The position numbers were made by a program, and so were the translations under genes. The notes beneath the pieces are model-generated. The model did not search any database, was not told where the DNA came from, and worked only from the letters and a program-made list of their open reading frames with translations. A DNA stretch of 64,000 bases from assembly GCF_009914755.1 (NCBI RefSeq), contig NC_060931.1; one strand, written 5' to 3'. Positions 55,491 through 64,000 of this stretch are shown piece by piece. Origin of the DNA: the human T2T-CHM13v2.0 reference genome, Homo sapiens. Each line of letters opens with the position of its first letter. The first letter of the stretch is position 1.

Positions 55491-58400
55491 TTTCAAAAGA
55501 CATAAAAAAACCTTTATGGCTTTGTCTGCTTTGCTTTGGTATGACGTCTTATTCATGTATTAGGCTTAACCTGCTTATTGTAATCTGGAAAAAAAATATG
55601 CAGAGACCTCTAGGCTGACAGGCACCTATACCTAGAATAAGGATTTTCTGCTAGAGGGAACTGAATGTCATATGGGGCTGTGATGGGCTACAGCCTCCCA
55701 GGTTAAGACTTATTTCACATGGATCAAGCTATCTCCTCACTCCAGCAATGACACAGTTAGTATATATGTTCATAACTAAGCTTAAATGCCATTTTTAATA
55801 AATATTAATACCAGTATAAGGTAAGGACAAGGATGCACATACAGTCCTATTATGAAATAGGGCTGTAGCAGCATTTTTCTAGTTTAGTTACTTCCTTCCA
55901 GTATTTCAATTCCTTTCAATCCAGGATCTTAGTGATTTTGCATGTAAACCTTTTTCCTATTTCATGCTCTCTCTTTGCATTTGCTTTATTCAGTTGTATT
56001 GAATTTCTAATGTGGATTAGAGCACACAGTAGGGCTGGTTCTTCATTTTAATAACTTTCCTTTCCAGGCACTTCTCAGTAATCCTTTCTTTTTTTAAGCC
56101 AGGTTTAGAGAGGGAGCTAAAAGCAGAACAAGACATTTGAGTTTGTATTGTTCTGCTTTATTTTCATAAGTTCCACATTCTCAACTGAATTTCTAGGGAC
56201 GAAAGAGAACCCGATTACTTTTAGTTCCTTTCAGTGCCACTCTAACTTAGTGACTTGACTTCCATTTCTCTAAGTGGAAATATTTACATGTATTTCAAAG
56301 GATGCTCTCTGGCTTAGTTAGTATCTCTACACTGATTAGAGAATGTAAAGCGATGTTTAAGTGCTTATTATTTTTTAATTACATTTATAAAGGTTAAAAT
56401 ATAGATAACTCAACCATTATTATTATCCTCATTTAGAATTTGTATACCATTTACATTTCCAAAGTGCTTTGTTCATGTAAATTAGTTGGTCCTCCTGCCA
56501 TTCCTATAAATTATGTCAGTACTATCCTCTGAAATGTTGCCATTTTCAGTTTATAGTTATTATTTTTATTTCAGACAACTACACCTTGTTCAAAGGGTGA
56601 AAGTGATTAATAGCTTTAAAACCACTAAAGGTAAACATTCTTAAATACCCTTGAAGTTAAGTAGATGCCGGAATTGCTGAGATGGCTGCCAAGCCAATGT
56701 TGGAGAATTTATTTTTTTGTACAGATTATATATATATCTTTGATTTTCTTCTTCTCCTCTCTGTTTATTTTGTATTTTTTATTCATATAGGAATGTGCAC
56801 ACATTGTATATTTTTCACAAAATTTCATGAACTAAACCTACCCACTAAACACTTGTGTCAGGGAACAACACAGTACCAGCATCACTCGTTCATTGAATCT
56901 CGATTTGAGTGCGCGATTCTGTCTTACAGACTGAATCTGTCTAAACATCAGCATAGCTGGAATTATGGACACAATGAGTTTTCATGCTCAGATGTTGCTT
57001 CCATTATAAAACTAATTTCTGTATGTTCCAAAAGTGTTATCTTACTGGGTTAAAATAACACTGAGTAGTCACAGTAAGAGATGCACACAAGATGTGCCTC
57101 ATGAGTGGTGTAGACAAGATATACTGTTGGACATCACAGGAGCAAAGTTGTACCTTTTCAGAAATGCTTCACATGGAGGTGAAATTAGAGCTGGACTGCC
57201 CACTAGGGATAGAGGGCTTAGACATAAGTGTAGGCTTTGGTAAGAGAAACAAAGAAGAGGGAGTAGTGGTGGCATGTGTCCCAAGCAGGGAAGATAGCTA
57301 TGTCTTGCATATGACATGTTTTGATGCAGGGAGAGTTCCAGTTTGTTTGGAGTAAGGGTTCATGTATGTGTTTAGTCACCATTCAAATTTGAGAGTTAAG
57401 TAGAGGTCAGATATCTAAGGACTTTGAATGCTAGCTAAGGACTCATAGTGAACTAAACACTTACTGAATACCATCTATGTGTTAGGCACAATGCTCAGCA
57501 CTTTTATATGCATTTTGAATTTATGCTCAAGACACTTGGATCTGCGGGGGCAGGAGTTAGTGGCACTGAGATATATGAGCAGCCTGGGTAGAAATGGAGA
57601 GACCAGAGATAGAAATCGCAGAAGACTATTAGGGTTGATGACACCTTGGATTACGGTTGGTCCTAAAATTTATAATTTCAGCTACTAAAGACCTGGTTCT
57701 AGAGGACTGAAACTTCATCTTTTCTTGGTTATTCTACATATAATCTAATGCAATAAGAACCTGAATGATGAGTACTTAGTTGGCAGATATTTATCAGTCG
57801 CCTACTCTATATACATCTCTTTGTTAGATTTGATGGGCTGCTCACTCTGTCCCTCTGCCCACCTGATGTTAGTTAATCTGGGGGACAACCATGTAATAAG
57901 TTACTTCCTAGTATCTATAGTGACCAGTTATTTGGGAGTCACCTGATTGACCAAAGACTGTGTTTTTACAGTGTTGTCTCCTTTATTTTTTTCTTAGGAT
58001 TCTTTTTGCTTTTCTTTTTTACAACAGCCTACTGTGTCGCATCACTGAATCTAGTTTATAGTTTTTCGTTTCTCTACATTCCATCATTTTAGAAACAAAA
58101 GCCACATCTCTTTGAAGAAGTACTTTTGACTTTTTCTCCCAATTTTAGCACTTGTCCGTAACAACTATGTAAGGTTTGTTTTGGGCCCTCCTTTCCTTCT
58201 ATCACCCCTTTGAGGGGCTCTTGTGCCCTGTTTTGTGTTACGTGGTAGGTTAATAAACGAGGTAATGAGGGGATGAATGTAGAGATAGGTGGAACATATA
58301 GATTGGTAGATTAGTGGATATTTTGGAAAATGAATTGTGTAAGAGAAGACAGAATTTGAAAACAGAAGGACAGAGAAAATGAAAAGGTATGAGACCTCAG

Positions 58401-58850
58401 AGTGGGGGCACGAGGAGCTGTTTGTAGCCAGAGGTTTCTGGTTGAACTCAGGTTCCTAAACTCTGAGTTGTACAGGAAGTAGTAAAAGTTTTTTAAATGT
58501 CCTTCTAGTTCTCTTTTAACCAACTAGAAGAGTTGCCAGGATTTTTAATTTCCACTCTGGGGTGTGCCTAAGAATCTTAGTTACCATTACCATTTGTATA
58601 CAGTATTATTCCTTGAGAATAATTCCAGAGCCCACTTTTTTTTTTTTTTTAAACTTGGCAGTCTGAAGAGATTTGGCCTCTTTGTAGTGGTTTTTGTGCT
58701 AATATTGATCCAAATTTAGTTTCAGTGCCTGTTTTCTTCTCTTTCCTATTCAGTCAACTATTTAACCTCTCAGTGATTTTAGTTGTCCTGAAATTTGGTC
58801 TTTCTTAGCAAGGACAGTTTGTTTTATGTTCTTTAATAGTTAGAGGATGA

Positions 58851-59135
58851 CTGGGTTCATTCCCGTAATACCAGAACTTTGGGAGGCTTGAGATAGGAGG
58901 ATCATGAGCTCAGGAATTCAAGACCAGCCTGTGCAATATACTGAGACCCCCTTCTCTACAAAAAATAAAAACATTAGCTGGGTGTGGTTGCATGGGCCTG
59001 TAGTCCCAGCTACTTGGGAGTATAAAGTGGAAGGATTGCTTGAACACAGGAGGTTAAGGCTGCAGTGAGCTATGTTGCTGCCACTGCACTCCAGCCTGGG
59101 TGACCCTGTCTTAAAAAAAAAAAAAGAAAAAAAAG
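58851..59135 (+). mobile_element. AluJ
   Basis: ggaggatc...aaggctgcagtgagctatg. Confidence 0.88.
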
Positions 59136-59843
59136 ATAAATCATCACTCTGAATCTTTTCATTGAGAATTTTTTTTAATAGCCTAAGATGCTAAGTAGTC
59201 TATACAGTGATTTCTGCATGATTTTCCTTTTTTTTTGTCTAAATCTTGACATAAGTTTACCTTCTTCAACCTTTTAATCTATTCCTGAATGCATTATTTT
59301 AATAGATGTGCTATTTATTAATATTTTGGAACTAGAATATTAATTACCCCTTTTAAGGCAAATCACTACCCAAAACACATTAACTGTGCCTTCACTAAGA
59401 ACCTTGGTAACACATTTGCACCTGACAAAAGGGAGTGGGCAGAAAATTAGCTAATGAAATAGTTGTTCTGGAGTACTATGTAATTAAGGGCTTTGCAGAG
59501 AGCCCTTGGGGAAGCTGGAAGACTGGGAATGAGTTAAATGTATATGAGTTTTCTAGTGCTGTAGTAAATAAATGTGTGGTAGAAATGAAAATTTTCTTGC
59601 GGAAAGTATTTAAAACAAGGACAAACTGTAGTTATATTAGTTTGCCTAAGTATTCAGGTGTATAGGAAATTCTGAAGATACTTTTTGTTGGCTAATTGCC
59701 ATTAAGTACCCACGTGTACTGCTTTGTAAGTGGTAAAATTTGAAGGCTGCTGTTGAGTAACTGTTTCAAACAGGTATGAAGTCAGCAGTGCTTATGTTTT
59801 CATTTTATCTATCGGGAATAAGTTGTGGACAAGTCTCCTAATT

Positions 59844-60333
<490 letters not shown>

Positions 60334-60345
60334 AGCCTAATATTT

Positions 60346-60643
60346 TTTTTTTTTTTTTTTTTTTGAGACGGAGTCTCACTCTGTCGCCAGGCTAGAGAGC
60401 AGTGGAACGATCTTGGCTCACTGCAACCTCTGACTCCCTGGTTCAAGCGATTATCCTGCCTCAGCCTCCCGAGTAGCTGGGATTACAGGCACGCACCACC
60501 ATGCCCAGCTAATTTTTTTATTTGTACTAGAGACGGGGTTTCACCATATTGGCTAGGATGGTCTTGATCTCCTGACCTCGTGATCCACCCGCCTCGGCCT
60601 CCCAAAGTGCTGGGATTGCAGGCGTGAGCCATCGTGCCCGGCT
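60346..60643 (-). mobile_element. AluSc
   Basis: ctgtcgccaggc, aggatggtcttgatctcctgacctcgtgatcc; TSD gcaaga(g/t)cctaatattt. Confidence 0.92.
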
Positions 60644-61080
60644 GCAAGATCCTAATATTTCTTAGAAGGAGAGAAATCCTTTACTCACAGGAACTGTACA
60701 CACATGTTCACACATATGCACAAGCATGCCTGCTATCCATAAGCAATTGTCATCTTTCAGATGATGGAAGCTGTTTGAGACCCTTAAGGGACTGTAGTCA
60801 TGACTCCTGTCTTTTCAGTATCCCTTTCCCCTTATCACTGTGATCCTACTGCATTTATGGAAAAACTGCTGGCGGGCCATCATGTTTGACCCAGAGCTGA
60901 AGTTCAGAACTTCCTTGTTGATTGTCAGTGTTAGTAGGAATGAATTTAGCCCATTATAGTGATTGGCAATTAGAATGGTACCAACATTATCAGTTAAATC
61001 CTGTCTGTTTGCTTAACTCAGTTTTGGGTGCTAAGGCAGCTGTATTCTCCATTTCAGTAACTTCTGAATATTACCATTCA

Positions 61081-61326
<246 letters not shown>

Positions 61327-61559
61327 CGTCAGAAAAGTCCCACATCAGTTACTAAAGTCTAACAGTTCTACCTCTCTCTGTCTCTAAAATCCTCTTAAGT
61401 CTCTCTGTCTCTCTCTAAGACCACAGCTTTAGTTCAGGGCACTGGTCTCTCTCCCTGGCTCACCATACCATCCTATTAACTGATCTTCTGGCCCTATTCT
61501 GATATATTCTCCATAGTGCAGCTGGGATCAGCTTTCTAAATGACAAATCCCTCCTTAAC

Positions 61560-61864
<305 letters not shown>

Positions 61865-62204
61865 CTTAACATTTAAACTCTGAAAGTTAAGTCCAAATTC
61901 CTTGACATGGCACACAAGGCCTTCCTTGAGTCTGGCCTTGGAAGCTGTGCATCTCACATTAGTTTCTTGGTGGGGTCCTTTCTTTCTTGCCTCCAATCTT
62001 TTGCACATATTGTACCCTTTGTTGTAGAATTCCCTAAAGTGCTGTGCACATTTCTTTCTTGCAGTTTTCATCTTATGTTGTCATTGCCTTTTCTTGGCTC
62101 AACTGGGAACTTTCTTGGGGCCATGACTCTGACCTGTGCACAGCTGTCTTACTGCCTGGCACATTAGAAATATTTATTGAATAAGAGGTGAAATGAAAAG
62201 AAAA

Positions 62205-62550
62205 GGCTGCGTGCAGTGGCTCATGCCTGTAATCCCAGCACTTTGGGAGGCTGGGGTGGGAGGATTGCTTGAAGGCCAGGAATTCAAGACCAGCCTGGGC
62301 AACATAGTGAGACTGCGCCTCCACCCCCTGCGCCCCCCCCCCAATACACACACACACACACGCACACACACACACACACATTAGTTGGGTGTGATAACCT
62401 ACACCTGTAGTCCTAGCTGCTTGGGTTGCTGAAGAGGGAGGATCCCTTGAGCTCATGAGATCAAGGCTGCAATGAGTTATGATCATGCTACTCTACTCCA
62501 GCTTGAGTGATAGGGCAAGACCCTGTCTCTAAAAAACATTTTTAAAAAGA
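62205..62550 (+). mobile_element. AluJ with a C-run and (CA)n microsatellite in the central linker
   Basis: (CA)n at about 62346-62380 between the two arms. Confidence 0.88.
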
Positions 62551-63043
62551 GAAAATTAAAACTTAGGTAAGTACTGTTTCTTTATTTTGTCTGAGGTAGA
62601 ATTTAAAATGTTGAGGTTATGGAAAGTTTATATTAAAATCATACAACATTGATTTAGTAATAAAGCTTTAATGATGTATGTAGAGCAAATATCAATAAAA
62701 CAAAATTTGTAATTTTATATTAGTATGTAGGCAATGATTCATATTAAATATGGAAGAGGAGGGAAAAGATCTGGAATAATAATCATAAAACCAATAATAA
62801 ATATTTGAGTAAAGATAGAGATGTTGTAGAAATTGTAAAACGTTAAATTTTTCCCTTTTTGTGGTTTCTCTATTTAGATCATGGTAAATGGATATAAGTA
62901 TTATCAAAAAATATTGATATAATTTTTTATTTTCTGAATATGATTTTTATTTGTCTTTGGTAGCAAATGTACCACATTAAGGTGGTATTTGGATTATAAT
63001 TTAGGGCTAGTAAACAGGAAGGAATTGCCTTAATCCAAATATA

Positions 63044-63371
63044 CAGTAGTCTTCCCTTATTTGTGGGGATAATTTCCAGGCTCCTCAGTGGATGCCAGAA
63101 ACTGCAGATTGTACCAAACCTTATATACACCATATTTTTTCCTATACATAACTATGATAAACTTTAACTTATAAATTAGGCACAGTAAGAGATTAATAAC
63201 AATGATAGTAGTATGCTATAATAAAAGTTATGTGAATATGCGCTTGGGAACTCTTTCATGCACACACTGTCTTGCTCTCTCTCAAAATATTGTACTATAT
63301 TGAAGGTATGTACTGTACTGTGGGTAACTGAAAACATGGAAATTGAAACTGTGGATAAGGGGGGACTATCC
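63044..63371. mobile_element. MER44-type Tigger MITE
   Basis: Inverted termini cagtagtcttcccttat ... gataaggggggactat. Confidence 0.8.
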
Positions 63372-64000
63372 ATTTACCTCACTTAGTAAATATTTGAGTG
63401 CCTACTGTGAGCCAGACACTGTGTTAGGTGCTGGGATTATAAGCAAGATATACATGATCTGAAAGATAAACTATGTCCATTATTTGCAAAAACAAGTTAC
63501 ATGTGAGTGTTCTTTGCTGTCTGTAGATAACAAATATGTGTATAGTGATTTACTGCTCATAGAGCTCTTTTGTGCGTCTTATTGCCTTTAATTCCACGTA
63601 ACAAGCTGAGGGAAACAGAGACTGAGAGTAATTTGTAGAAAGTGACATTGCTGTGTGATAGAGAAAGTAAACTTGAACCCAGGATAGGCTCCAATTCCAA
63701 ATCCCATGCCATTTTCTTACACCATACTGCACTACATCCATGGGCGATTGTGGAATACCTTACAGAATCATATCAAGTTTTTAAGAACATGGTTTGAAAA
63801 TCACTTTTTTTTTGTATTTATAACACAAATGCTTAATAATTTTTGAGCGTTGGGGATGAGCACAACCTAACTTATATCCATTATATTACTATTGCGCCTC
63901 TGACACTTTAAAACATTAAAAACCTGGTTTTACCCTTAATGTTTTCTGGAATTGTATTTTTTTAAATTAGCAGTAAAGGGAAGGTATGTATTTTTTGAAA

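Noticed and set aside
62555-62575. AG|GTAAGT possible recursive splice site
   Set aside because: Upstream sequence is A-rich with no polypyrimidine tract; only an isolated donor-like motif.

Overview
This window is primate (almost certainly human) genomic DNA from inside the large gene EXOC4 (exocyst component Sec8), transcribed on the + strand. Only two coding exons are present: 13778-14021 (244 nt, phase 1 to phase 2) and 32281-32455 (175 nt, phase 2 to phase 0). They join in frame across an 18,259-nt GT-AG intron to give ...[19 protein letters not shown]...VENQPR|[16 protein letters not shown]...WVKIQDVLQ. From memory these are exons 6 and 7, roughly aa 255-394. The rest is intron and is rich in interspersed repeats: about 20 Alus (J/S/Y, many with clear TSDs), L1 elements (including a near-full-length ancient L1M/L1MB), L2, MIR, a recognisable CR1/L3 relic, solo LTRs (MER4A-type, THE1, MLT1) and DNA transposons (MER5, MER44). 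Nearly all other ORFs in the track are repeat-derived or chance. I see no new multi-gene system. The best leads are splicing-level: an in-frame 6-nt microexon or decoy acceptor just before the second exon, an in-frame 24-nt microexon candidate, and an AluJ with an acquired donor site. Other leads are a CpG-retaining ancient CR1 fragment and small rearrangement scars. Repeat subfamily calls were made by eye from remembered consensus sequences and need RepeatMasker/Dfam confirmation.
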